A DNA stretch of 64,000 nucleotides from NCBI GenBank assembly GCA_024704765.1, contig JAKMXF010000111.1:124001-188000 (forward strand), read 5' to 3'. This document shows, piece by piece, positions 12,301 to 25,400 of this stretch. Under the pieces are notes generated by a model. The model saw only the letters and a list, made by a program, of their open reading frames with translations. It ran no database searches and was not told the origin of the DNA. Origin of the DNA: Oopsacas minuta. Lineage: Eukaryota; Animalia; Porifera. The number at the start of each line of letters is the position of its first letter. Position 1 is the stretch's first letter. A program made the position numbers and the translations under genes.

Positions 12301-15300
12301 TCAACTCTCTGTATTAATCTGTTCTTTGTGTATAAATCCTCTGTTCACACGAATGCTATGGCATTTCATGTGTGCATTCAGACTCTTGATACGATCAAAT
12401 ACCCTATAAAGTGAAAATATCTTATCAATTCACATTGCTAGGATGTGGCACAGGGAGTACGGGACCCAGAACGATCATCAGGACTTAAGTTCCTCAATTG
12501 CTCAAACTTAGATTGGCCAAATTTTAGAGAAACTCCAAAATAAGGTAGATAAATATATTTAGAGCAGGGGTTCCCAACTTGGGGTCCATGTAACCCTTGG
12601 TGGTCCACGGATGACCGCAGGGTCCACAAAACATGTGAATATTGGTATTGTGGGTTTGAGGGTCAAAATGTTGGAGTTTCTCTCAAAGTTTTGGCCCAAA
12701 GTTTAACAACCTTTTACACTTTCTGCATGGAAAAGTGCCCATACGATTAATAATACGTTTGTGATTGGAGTTAGCAACCGATTTCAGGATTGGAATGCCT
12801 TGAATTCCAGCTGTTTTTCCTTGTATAAGATTCTTTGAAACAGCTGATTTTCTACCGCCACGCTTTAAACTATTAAAATAGAAAATTTTCAACATTTCTG
12901 AATCAAAAATGTGAAATCGTCACAGTAAAATATATGAAAAATATATCCAAATTTTTTCGTAATGGGGAGATTGTCCGTTCATTGATATACAGTGTAACTT
13001 CCACAAACGGGGCCTGTGGAAACGGTGTAGCATTTTTCGGCGTCCCTGGCAAACCGTTTCTAGAGGTACCGCTGTGTAATTACCTGACTGTATGTTTCTT
13101 AGTCCAAATTCTTTTATGTTGAAAACGCTATAAAAATGGGAAAAATAAAATAGAAATTCCTATTAAATTATATACATTTCTACCTCATATTTTCTAACTT
13201 TTGTATTTTCCAAATTCTTTTTCTTCGGGCTTGCACTACGACTACGAAAATTACTTGACTGTGTTTTAATTTCTTTCCTATCTTGATAACTACTAACTAA
13301 TTCTTTCAAGCTTTTGGCAGGCCGCGTGGGTGTACCCATTGGCGAAGGCAAATTTCTTTTTAACAAAGTTACAACTTCTTTTTCTGTCTTAATTTCATTA
13401 CATTTAAGCTCAATCTCATTTGGGGAATTTTCCTTAAATGTTTCATCAGTTAATTCAGTGTTTATAGCTTCATTTAAATTTTGTAGGATTTGAGGTTCTG
13501 TAATTGGACTAGTTAATGTTTGTAGGTATTTCCTGCTGGAAATTGTACGCGAGTATTTTCTATATTCATCTGGACACTCAATTGTCCATCTGTAGTAGAA
13601 TTCGATCACTTGTGGCAATGATTTGGAGATTACCTACCCAGAAAATGGATAGTTGAATAATAAGTATAGAAACTTGAAAAAATTGCTAATGTGCACTCAA
13701 ATATTTCAGCTATAAAAGCATAGCTGATTTGATTTGAAATTTATTCTTAGCAAACATATCGAGATGGCAATTTAGATGTTTAGACTAAATACAGTCGAAT
13801 CAGCTTAACCAGCAGTTTACTTTGTGTAACGTTTCGGCCCTATATTAAGCAGAGTTAACAATGCTTGGTCAGACCATGCATGTATATATTGTTTTATAGT
13901 AATAGTAAAGCACAAGGGATAATTTGAACCTACATATTTCTGTATCTGTGTAAAGTCCTTGCCATACTTAATCCAAGCAGTTTTAAAATCTTGTGTCTCA
14001 TCCTCTGTCCAAAATGACAGTCCTTGGAAAATATACATAACAATTACAGATATAAACTTAGAAAATTTGAAGTATAATTACCAGAAAAATTATAGCCGAT
14101 AACTGGGTCATCTTCTGGAATGATATTCTTGCCATCAATCAAAACATTCAGGGCATCCTAAAAGATATACGTATACCATATTTCCGAATAAGCGCCGGGT
14201 ATACTCCTGCATGAAATATCCTCAGGGAAATACGGTATAACTATTTAAATAGCAAACTAAGAATGTAAATATGTTGTCATTTACGAGTAGCATAGGAATT
14301 GCCATCTCATAAGTTTGTCCAGATATTTTGGAAACTTTAATGAAGCCAAATTCAGTAATATTTCATTTTCCTCACACTGAAAGTTTTACACCAAAATCCT
14401 GTTACAATTGCACTGTAAACACACATTTATTGCGACAGACCCAAATTTGCATGATTGAGGATATTTATATGGTCAAATTCTGAATTTTTAAGCTATTCAT
14501 TAAACTGGTCATACCATCATACAATTTCATATACAGGAATTATGCTCGCAAGTTTCTACGTATATATACTAGCCGCATACCCATATGTTGCCTTGACAAC
14601 GTAGAAGAATGTGAAGTGCGTACTCCTGATTCCTACCTCCGAACTTTACAATTGGACTGTCAGATAGCTTTAAATATTGCTCAACTAAAATTTTAGACTA
14701 TAATTTTGCTGAACATACACAAGCATTCAGCTTTATGAATTAGAAAACCATTCCTGTAAACAATATAATTCAAACCTTTAGGTGCAGTATATTGTGCGCT
14801 CCAAATTAAGTCTTCATGCAGTTCATCAGTAACAAGCGAATCTTTAAAAATACAAATACATTAAAGAGCTTTCCAAAAGTTGTGTTATAGAAGATTTCAA
14901 CTTAGATACAAATTGAATTTATCAGCAATTTCTATGGGGAAAAAGTAGCAGATTGTGGCAGATCCACTTGAAAAGTTACATAACTACGGAAGATAATTGT
15001 CCTTATAACCTGAAAGTTTCATCTCTTAATCTATAGTTTTGGCTGTGCACGGCTTGGAGAAATTAATAATACTTGATGACTATACTTCAGCATAGTCGGC
15101 ACAGTGAAAGTACGTATTTTGTTTATGAAGCAAAAATAGAATTCTGTAATGATACAAACCTGGTGTTGGAAATTCAGTCACTTGATATTCATCTCCAATT
15201 CTAACTTCTTTCCTAATAAAATAGAGTAATTATTGTTTCTTATATTCTATCGATTTTCCAGGCTTACTTCCATATTGGATATTCTGTTGCTGGTTTGTCA

Positions 15301-15334
15301 TTTGAAAATAAGATGTCGTCAAAAATGCCAGCCT
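12301..15334 (-). CDS. ELM2-SANT-C2H2 transcriptional co-regulator of the TRERF1/MIDEAS/ZNF541 family; 5' end not resolved
   Basis: Spliced peptide EVRIGDEYQ...GGRNQEYALHILLRCQGNIWDALNVL...FWTEDETQDFKTAWIKYGKDFTQIQKYVISKSLPQVIEFYYRW (ELM2+SANT). Terminal zinc finger FPCRKCKR|VFDRIKSLNAHMKCH spans exons 12869-12711 and 12403-12301. Confidence 0.8.
12565..12630. mobile_element. hAT/Charlie-like MITE family C (CAGGGGTTCCCAAC terminus); copies near 17471-17540, 58024-58082, 63942-64000, with related pieces near 4720-4845 and 31525-31650
   Basis: Recurrent motif ggttcccaac(c/t)tgggg(t/c)cc...ggtccac in several introns and intergenic sites. Confidence 0.6.
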
Positions 15335-15692
15335 CTATATCACAAAAAGTGTAGTAAATATCAAAAAATAATATAGTGAGTGAGGAAGTTTACAATCTTT
15401 GGAAGAATTATACCACCAATATACTAACACAAATCACAGGACTGCTTCCAAGGAGGAGGAGTCCACCTGGATAATCCACCAAACTATTTATTGCGCAAAA
15501 TATACGGTGTTCCTGCACAAATTCATTTATAGGTATGAATACAAAGATAATCCACCACAAATTTGGCTGCACCAATTGCGGCAGATTAAACCTGGCCTCC
15601 TGGCCAATGAAACGAAAAACAACCTGTAAATATCTAAATTACAGAAATAAAGTTGATTACAAAAATAGTGAAATTCTAATCAAGAAATACCA

Positions 15693-16526
15693 TTAATATT
15701 GATACAATCTTTCCAATACTAAATCAATAGCCTCCGAAAGATTATCAACATAACCATCAGGTGTAACTTCTGGATGATTCTCCCAATCTTTCGTAAATTT
15801 CCCCGTGCGCACCTGAACGCCACGTATGCCACAATTCTGCGCTCCAGCTACGTCACTGACGATATCATCACCTATCATGACGCAATCCTGTGGTTGTAGT
15901 TGCATGTCATAAACAGCAGTATTGAAGAATAATGGTGATGGTTTACCAATAATTTCCGGTTGAATTCCACTCGCGAATTCTAACGCTCTTGCATAAGGCG
16001 CAACATCCAATGCCAATTCTCCATTATGCTTGTAATAACTACCAAATCCAAGCGTGAAAAATGACATTTCATGTTTCGGCTTCGATGTAAGCACGCGGAA
16101 GGCTTTATTCATATTTTCATATGTAAAATAATCAGCTGCATCTCCTAATACGACACAATTAGGATCTTCGATATTTATACCTTCATAATCCATATGCGCA
16201 TCAGGATGTACAAGCAAAAATGGCCGCAATTTCCTCTCGCTTAACACAGCCTTTACTGCCGGCCCGGGTGAGAAAATCATTTCCGGTTTGATATCAGTAA
16301 ATCCAAGTTTATTCAACTTCAATGATAAACTATCTTTCGTAATCTGAGATTCGTTTGTGCATAAGCGAAATTTGATGCCGGCTTGGGTTAATTTTTGCAA
16401 TGTTTCGATTGATCCAGGAATTGGGACACCCCCTGTATCTGAGGACTCATAGAGAACACCTGTGATATCAAGGAGTAGTCCCTTGATAGGATATGATAAC
16501 CATGTGTGAGATTTCGTGAAAGCCAT
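15693..16526 (-). CDS. LHPP: Phospholysine phosphohistidine inorganic pyrophosphate phosphatase (HAD IIA), intronless
   Basis: LLDITGVLYES, RLCTNESQ, GKPSPLFF, MIGDDIVSDVAGAQNCG, VRTGKF and HPEVTPDGYVDNL closely match LHPP. ATG at 16526. Confidence 0.92.
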   Translation of the reverse strand: MAFTKSHTWLSYPIKGLLLDITGVLYESSDTGGVPIPGSIETLQKLTQAGIKFRLCTNESQITKDSLSLKLNKLGFTDIKPEMIFSPGPAVKAVLSERKLRPFLLVHPDAHMDYEGINIEDPNCVVLGDAADYFTYENMNKAFRVLTSKPKHEMSFFTLGFGSYYKHNGELALDVAPYARALEFASGIQPEIIGKPSPLFFNTAVYDMQLQPQDCVMIGDDIVSDVAGAQNCGIRGVQVRTGKFTKDWENHPEVTPDGYVDNLSEAIDLVLERLYQY

Positions 16527-16698
16527 ACAAGAAATCACGTACTTAATACATTATTTTCTCTCAATGCGAATTCCTTTGTGATTGTCATGGTTGAATTATA
16601 AATTGAAAATTGCCTTTAGTAAGTCAATTACAAAATGTAGAATTTCTCAACTTTTCCATATTATATGAATACGCGTAAAATAGTGATTATTCAATAAG

Positions 16699-19077
16699 TT
16701 ATAGTGATTTATGAATAGTTATATTTGTGAATGTAATTATCAATGCTGTAACAAAAGTGAACTTACTACTTCTTGTATTCAATGGATGTCCTAATGTAAA
16801 CGAATTTGATGATCTTTCTGGCAGTTTTTCATCACTTAGAGCGAGCTCACCACCACGCTAAAAAGGCAAATGCAAAAATAAATAATAACCAGAATTCAAT
16901 GCAAATTTATGGAACGACATTTCTATGGAAGAGCTGAGAAAAATCGCGAAATGAAAAATGAATTTTCCAGAGAATAAATGTATAACTAACCTTCGTTCCT
17001 ACAATTAAAGAATGGGATTTCTTGTGGCCTCTAATTCCCATTTTATGATAGAAAACTCTACCACAAATATTACAAGTATAGCCAGTCTTTGGGCTAGAAA
17101 CAGAATACAATAAATATTCATGTTTAAAAAGACGTATAATAGATGCTGTTAACTAATACATACACATTGGAATACACTATGGGTTAATGTAGTATTGTAA
17201 TCAAATGTGTATTTGATTGAGGTATAATACTGCCTCACTCGTTACTAACGGAGTTTTGTTGAAGCATTTCGATAACACTCGCGTAATTAAAATGGGGCTT
17301 CCAACCCCCAGGGCACCCTTGGAACCGCTTCTGCAGATCATTATGAATAATTCTTGTACAAATTTGTTTACTTATCTTGATAGACAGAAAACACCGATAG
17401 TTTTCTACATTTCTGCGCATATGACACTAATCTAATTTTTCAAATTTATGGCTGTATTGGCATTATAACTCATCGGTTCCCAACCTGGGGCCCAACGACC
17501 CCATGGTGATCCACGGAGGATAGCAGGGGGTCCACAGGATCTCGAAATTTGTGTTGCAGTCAGTGGAAAGAGTCCGCGGAAACTGTTGCATTGTGTAGAG
17601 GGAATTGGCACAATATTAAAAAGATAAAAAAGAATTCTTACACTCTGGATTTCCTGTGTTTCCGCAATGGTACTGCTGTTTTGATACTCTCAATGAGAGG
17701 ATCTGTTGGATTTTCAGGTGATGGTAATATCAATGTAGATTTCTATATAGCAGAATACATTTCACATATTCAGAAATTGTCAGAAATAGTATCTCACCTG
17801 AGGGGCTCTAATTTTATATTCAAATTGTTTTGAGTGTGATTTCATGTGACCTCTAACGCTAAGCTTACGGGCAAAATGTTTGCCACATATCCTGCATGCG
17901 TATAGCGGCACACTGCAATGAAAACATAATAAAACATAGAAATATTTGTGAACAAATTCCATAAACTGACTTGACATTGCTGTGAATATGCTTTACTCCA
18001 GTTGGTGGCTAAATAAATAAAATGGAAATAATGAACAGATTGCCTTACTATTCAATTATTGGAAATTAGAGACATCCCTCACAAATAACAATAGTTGAAA
18101 AGTGTAGAATTTGGCATGAAAATGGATAGTATTTTGATGACTTTTTATTGACAAAAAATGCTCATTTTACATGTTTGAATATTGAATAAAAGATCAAAGG
18201 AAAAGCTAATTACCTTGCTGTTGTAGAATTCGCTTGTTTTGAATGTCAATGGGTTGTTCACAATTGTGAATGATGGCAATTTGTTTCGTGGGATATTCCA
18301 AGGTCTTTTTTTCTTGATTTCAACAGGGTCGGGACTATTTGGTGTTTGCAAAACGACGCTCGATTTTCTTTCAGGTATTCGCCGTTTCTTCGTGATAAGT
18401 TTCGGTTTTAGAATTTTAGATTTTTTAACTTTTACAAAACATTCATTTTCTGAGTTTGGTTCGTCATTTGATGGGATTTCTTGGTCGTTTGGCAGCGTTT
18501 CTACAATGCTCAGATTCTCTAAAGGTTTTTCAATACTCAAAATGCGCTTTGGTCTTCCTCTTTTCTTTTTCATAGAAACAATCTCAGGCAAATTTTTAAC
18601 TGAAGTTTCCGAGTCACTACTGGCGTACGGATTTGGAGGAGTATCTTTAGTCTTCAATCTGAAAATCGGGAAATACAGTGGAGAAGCTTGGCCTTTCAAA
18701 CGAATCGAACTTCTACGATTTTGGCGAATTTTTTCGTGTTTTCTTCCCCGTTTCTTTGGAAGGAAACTTGGACATTCTATCTTCGAAGCGGCTCGCCAAC
18801 TCCGTTTGCGATTATTCTTGAGACCAATAGTTGTATTTTTCGCTCTGAAAGCCTTCATTTGATATTTTACCAAATACTCTGGTGAACTTTCGAACCCATT
18901 CTGTAGAGACAATTCATTTTGAACTTCAATCTTTCTTGGAGATTCATTCGCCACTATCTCCTGATTCACATGCACAGCTTTGACTGGTGAAATACTGTTT
19001 TGAAGACTTTTAGCCGAAATATCATTTATTTCCGAATTTCCACTGTGATTTTCAATACTGTTTGAATCGTTAAACAT
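16699..19077 (-). CDS. AT-hook plus C2H2 zinc-finger protein, multi-exon; 3' end approximate
   Basis: Large first exon with KKKRGRPKR (AT-hook) and PKKRGRK. Downstream exons encode YACRICGKHFARKLSVRGHMKSH and YTCNICGRVFYHKMGIRGHKKSH. Confidence 0.7.
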
Positions 19078-20760
19078 ATTCTAAACAAGTTGCTAAACTA
19101 CCAATCCGCTTGAAATCAATCAATGTAAAAGCATTATTCCTTAAATACATAAGTAAAATTAGCATCAAATCATTTATTGATTCTATGATCAAAGAAAAAT
19201 GTTTCGTATATATATATCAGTCACAACATGGTTCGGAGACATCGCGAAAATTCAAGCTTAGAATATACAAATCAAAGTAGACAAAAGTTATTGTGTATTT
19301 TGATCAGAGAAATATTGTAAAATTCGATCTGAAAATTGGTCTTTTGAAGGACAATAGTCCCTACTTGTTGTCATTTGCCACATCGCGTTTTTGGAGTAGA
19401 GGAAATTTTTGCATTGATTAAACGAATCCTGCCCTTACTTGTTGCCCTAACGAAAGGATACAGTCAATTACCGGTATACCGAAGCTCAAGGGACTGGGAT
19501 AATTACTCTGATATAAACTGAGTTCGAATTAACCGATGAATATATGTTACTTTCACGGTTTTGGGCCATATTTGTACATTTTCAGACTTCGATATAAACG
19601 GTAATTTCAATATATTTGTGTTTGACATAACGGGAGTTGACTGTATACGTTCTCAAATAAAACTCATGCAAATATAAAGCAAACTGATGGAAGCTAATCA
19701 GTATGAACAAGTGGTTTGTGGGGGGTTTATAATATTGGGTTACAGAACAATTCTTAGATAAACGAAGAAGATATAACAAAATTGAAAAGCGATTAAAATG
19801 AACGCTTTCAATTTTTAATATCTTCTTCAATGGATAGTTGAAAGAGTAAATACGAAATGCATCCAATTATACAGAACATTTATAGAAGTGCACGTAGTAC
19901 GTACGTCAGATGGGTGATGGTCCATGTAACTTTCAACAAGGAATACATCAAAACATTGAAACAAAACTATGAGAATCAAGACCATAATATTGGAGACAAT
20001 TTTGGTACACAGTTTAAACTGGGAAGTAAACAGGGGGGGGTAATGAGATACTAACTCTATAAATAACCTCTGCTTGAAGTGCGAAAGGATACGTTCACAA
20101 AGATGTAAACAACAAAACAAAATGCTAAAATTCTACAGGAATATTTCATTAGAAAAACAGCCCCATAAAAAGTTGGGAAACTTGAAACTTAAAAATTTAT
20201 TCGAGATAAAGCTGAACAAATCGCAAAAGCCAAAGCCGTCTAGCTTCCAATATTAGGGGGAATGTCGAAATGGAGGAATTGAACCCAGGGTAACTTCTCA
20301 ATTCCGCACGAATATTCTCGCCAAACCGAAAGGAAAATTGAATTTCTAGGTATAAACACCAAATACAAGTACAAAAACCCATGGCTGTAGCAGGTAGCTT
20401 TCAATTCGTCAGGTTAACCGATAAAAAATATATGGAACTACCTAAGTTGGTCCGTCTTACTGATACATATTTTATTAGCAGGCTAAATGTTGGTCCGGTT
20501 GAAACCGGACCAACTGGATCGTCTCCTACGGACATGAAAATAATTGTTGTGGTTCAGGACATCCCATTGGAGAATTATAATTTATGATATTTCGCTACAT
20601 AAAATATTTGTAGAAAATTCACTACAAAAAACTTGTATTTTAGTAATATCTTCGTCGCTTGCTAAATTCAAAAGAGTATTCGCGAATTGAAACCCACATT
20701 TACTTGAAGAAACAGGGTTAATTATTGAGCAAGATATCGCGAAAATATTGTGCTTGATTA

Positions 20761-21759
20761 GAAGTGGGAATGGAGCTCAACTTTGAAAAATAGAAAATGG
20801 GAAGATGGTGATCTCCAATTAAAACTTTTCATGAAATCAAAACCTATTTTGTAAGCAAACTCATAAACAAGAGCCCACCCCATCGCCTCACCAAGTAAAC
20901 AAAGCTCTCCAAGCCTTGTTTGCAAAATAAATACATACAATAACAAATTGCAACTTGAAAACAAATGGCTACTTAGCCTATTGCAATTGTTGAAGCTAGA
21001 ATACTATAGAAATCACTGGAGTATTCACTAAAATACAATTCTTATACAATTCTAACCATGGACAAATACCAATAGTATATTTGTTGAATAAATAATACAC
21101 AAGCTTGTTTACTGATTATATTGTTTATCATGTGAATAATCAGTATTATTAATAAATAATTAAATACGCTATGTGGTTATTTTCTTGATTCGTCGAATCT
21201 AGAAGTAAAGTTTCAAATGGGAGAAATTATAACTCAATTCTCAGGAGGTACAGTGTAACCTCCAGGAACACCCTGTTTCTGCAAAATTGCCCGTTTGTGG
21301 AGGTTCATTTGTATGGGGCTAGGAAGTCGATCTTTTTGTCACTCCATCTCCAGAAGTTCCTCGTTTCCACAGGCCCCTGATTGTGCTATATACAACCATA
21401 TTATTCAGCTATTACATATGCTATAACCTAGAATATTTCGAGCACTTGACAACAGTTTCGCTTTTGACTGGAAGCCCAGCTTTTTCGGACATAGGTTCAT
21501 TAAGTTGAACATCAAATCCTGCCCTAAGACTCCTAAAAGTGGAAATGTCCAGCTTTTGGAGACTAACAAATATTGTGCTTTTATTGAAAAATATCCCAAC
21601 AGCAAAAATACAAGTATACAACCTTTCTTCCATTTGGCACAAACAAGACTATTATCAAATCACACTAGAAAATGGAGAAATTACACAGTATTCGTATTTA
21701 TGTTTATGTTCGAATTAGTTATAATTTGTTTCATCTCTTCGCTCTCTAATCTAGCATAA
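20761..21759 (+). CDS. Possible unassigned protein with C-terminal transmembrane segment; 5' end unresolved
   Basis: Segment KWEWSSTLKNRKWEDGDLQLKLFMKSKPI ends at a gtaagc donor and joins in frame via an AG at about 21431 to IFRALDNSFAFDWKPSFFGHRF...VFVFMFMFELVIICFISSL. No family recognised. Confidence 0.35.
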
Positions 21760-22439
21760 TAAAAAATTTTATATATCATCATTATTACTACACACAGACA
21801 CCCCTGGCCATGATGTAAGAATAGCTACAATATTTGACTCATTTCCATTGCATTATTTGCTTTCGAATTATTAATTATCTGGCATACTTGCCAACTATCC
21901 CATTTTGGGCGAGACGTCCCACATTTGTCTTCACTCAGGTTGCAAGTATGAACTGACGTATTTAACATATATTAATGTCATCGCAATTCTAGTACAAATA
22001 ATGGCAGTTTAGATTCTAGATTATTTTATTTGCCTAATTGTAATTCAAATAAGTGTACAGGTTTAAAACAATATAGCAAGAATGATCCAAAAATCCAATA
22101 TTCAAACGAAACCACATGTTTTGAACCTGTAAAAATTTGGCACTTGAACAATATAACTTTAATAGATAAACAAAGTCAACAAACAACAGTTTTTAAAGAA
22201 TATATTTGATGAACAAAAATACTATTAATCAATAGAGGAATAACAATAAACAGTAATACACCAAAAAGCCTACCAAAATATACATTTCTCAACTGTAAAT
22301 TTGCAATTTGATGGCGGTTGTTAAAAATAATACTATAAGAAAAATAATATTGGTAAGATTGTTAAGTGTGTGGATGCGAATAAATGCCGCGGAAAATTTG
22401 GCAAAAAGCTTGTTGGCAGACGCGGAATTTTACACATTA

Positions 22440-25400
22440 TCAAATCATATCCGATTCTTTCGGCTGTGCATCAGCAGAAATTGAGAAAAGACTCGAATCG
22501 AAAATATGTTGTTGACAAAGTATCCACCCATTCCATTCAGATAAAAAAGCCATTCCCTTCTTACAAAGATCTCCTTCGTTATCCACAACATCCCCATTCG
22601 TGTCAAGTTTCGCGAGGACGGCACTGACAAGACAAAAATGTGTATAATGATTAGTTTTCGAGCCGTAAGAAGCGTAAATATCATCTTCTTCAAAAGAATT
22701 TTGATCAAATTTTGAGATAATCTGTTCAGAATTTGGGTAGGAATCTGTCATATATAGAAGGCCCATTAATTCTGTAGAAGGGCTGATAATTAATTCTTGT
22801 ATGTGTTCGTCAGTGTGACATTGTATAGGGTGTGAATTGTAAACAGTGCTTATAGATTTATTCTTGTATCGTCCAAGTGCTTCTTGAATTTCCGCGAGAT
22901 CTTTCGCATCTGTCAATGAATTGTGTCGTCTAATTCTGTGTTCTTCTGAATTGACTTTTTTGCTTGACTTCCCTATAAAGGAATGTTTGGATTAAATGCA
23001 ATGGCGGATCCATTTTTGGAGTTTATTGTGTGTAAACATACAAAATGAACCTCCACAAACGGGGATTTGGTAGAAACGTGAAAACGGAGTAGCATTTTTC
23101 GGCGTCTCCGCCACCAAGTTTGCCCCTAGTACCCCTGAAAAGTGTTGCGAGAGCATGAACAAAATTCATAGATTTTGACTTATAGCATAAACCATGAACT
23201 TTTGCATGAACTTTACATAATGATGAACTAAGTGGATACATCATCTGGCAACACTACCCCCTGAATAACCGTTGGAACCTAATCTCGATGATCCACGACA
23301 CTACAGTATTAAATCTTAAATTCCCACAATTTGTATATTGACAATAAGCAACCAACTATAATTATAAACCTTGGTAAGAACTCCGTGTATGTGGGTTCTT
23401 TGGACTTGACGTTCCTCGTTCAAGCTTTGGTGAAGAAATAGAATCTTTTTTGAACATTTGCTTGATTGAAGTTGTCTTGAATCGTTTCAGCAATGAGTTA
23501 TTCTTTCCTAAATAAATATAGAAACAATTAACTCCCAGAAAATATTGAACAAGGATATTTCGAAATAGTCGCATACAAATTCCCGAGATTTCGAAGTCGA
23601 TTGAATAAACTGTTTTCTAGGTGAAACTAATCAAATTATTTATATTCTCCTTTTTAGTGTTAGAAAACGACTCCAATCAAGAAAAGATGTCTACAGAACA
23701 GCTGTATTCGTCCTAACTACGCTAAGACGGCAAAAGAATGTGGGATGAAACAGAAAATACGTCAATACTTGAGAGATGATTGGGAAACAAAGATAGAATC
23801 GTTTAATGGAATTGTAAATTGGGAATATATAATTCGGGAATATTTGTTGCACTGATCACATATTGATTGTGCCATATTGATACAATAGTATATTACTTTC
23901 AATATAAGAAATATTCTTAGGAAATTGCACAATTTACAAAGTGAAATTTTTCAGACGGGAAAAGTTACTAAATAGGCCTTAATATAATGCTTATAAATAT
24001 TGAAAATTGGTAAAATGTTTTAATATCAAGTCAACTTTCGTTATGTTAAAATACCCATTGAGATCTAAATTTAAAATTGGATTAATATGGCCCCAGACCT
24101 TCAAAGTAACTAAAATACTTCGATCATATCGAAGGAATTATCGCGGTCTCTTGAGCTTCGGTATAACCGGAGTGGGCTATATACATAAGTTTTCGTCTTT
24201 CAATAATTTCTCCAAATATATTCTTAGTTAGAAAATGACTTCAATCAAGAAAAGATGTCTACAGAACAGCGATATTCGTCCTAACTACGCTAAGACCGCA
24301 AAAGAATGTGGGATGGAACATATAAATATATTAAAAATACGTCAATACTTGAAAGATGATTGGGAAACAAAGATAGAATCATTTAAAGGAAAAGTAGATT
24401 GGAAATATCTAATTCGATGTCTATTTAAGATAGATATATACAAGTTGAGTCGCAGAGGGTTTAAGAAAGTATGCTATAGTTTCGGCATGTAAGCTAATAT
24501 TATAAAACAAGATTCAAAATAAACTCGAATTCTATAGAACTTCATAAACTGAGGAACATTTAACTGTGTGTTTCCTGGAAGGGCTTCTAGACCCATGGCA
24601 ACCTTAACTTGATTTACTGAAACTTCTGTATTCTACTCCATGGAATTTTTACCGAATATAAGAACAATAATACTGAAAAAAGGTTGCAATGCAATAGGTC
24701 CACAATATACGTACTACATACCGGTTGTAAGAACATGCCGGATATAAGAGCATTTTGTCCAGTTTCTGACGATGTTCTTATAACCGGCATCCACTGTATC
24801 AGTTTTTCTTACTAATTTTTCCAAGTTGTCCTGTAAATATATATACTATCAGTATATTAATATTGTTAGGGATGATGCAACTATAGCTCTATTAATGATA
24901 GATAGAAGATGGATAAAATACTTGAGTGAGCGCTACTCCAGGAGGGTACGTAATAACGAAATTATACTTAATAACGAAATGGTAAACTTGAAGAAGGAGA
25001 AAAAAGCTCTTATTGAAGTGAAGAATGAACTTGAGAAAAGCATTATGCTGCATCGAATATTACTGGATGTTCATAGCCATACCGAAAAATGACAAGAAAG
25101 GAAAGAGGAATAGAAATTCAAGAAGTGCTATTTAATATACTTTTCTATGTTAAAAATAATTATTTCAGGTGATGTTATTAGGTGTATATTAACTGAGATA
25201 TACTGAGCTATAAAGTGTAACAACCTTTACTGATATCCTTTTCAACTCTAAAGAAATGCTGTAATCTCTCTTTTTCCATTATAACACATTGTAGCTCTGC
25301 TTCATAACCTCTAGCAGCATCCAGCAATGAAATCATTTGCTCCAATGTTTGCATTGCATTTTCATAACTCTCTTCTTGCTCGTAAGCTAACCATAGAGAA

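Noticed and set aside
20381-20587. 68-aa ORF MAVAGSFQFVRLTDKK
   Set aside because: It overlaps short inverted-repeat, MITE-like sequence (ttggtccggttgaaaccggaccaa) and has no protein features.
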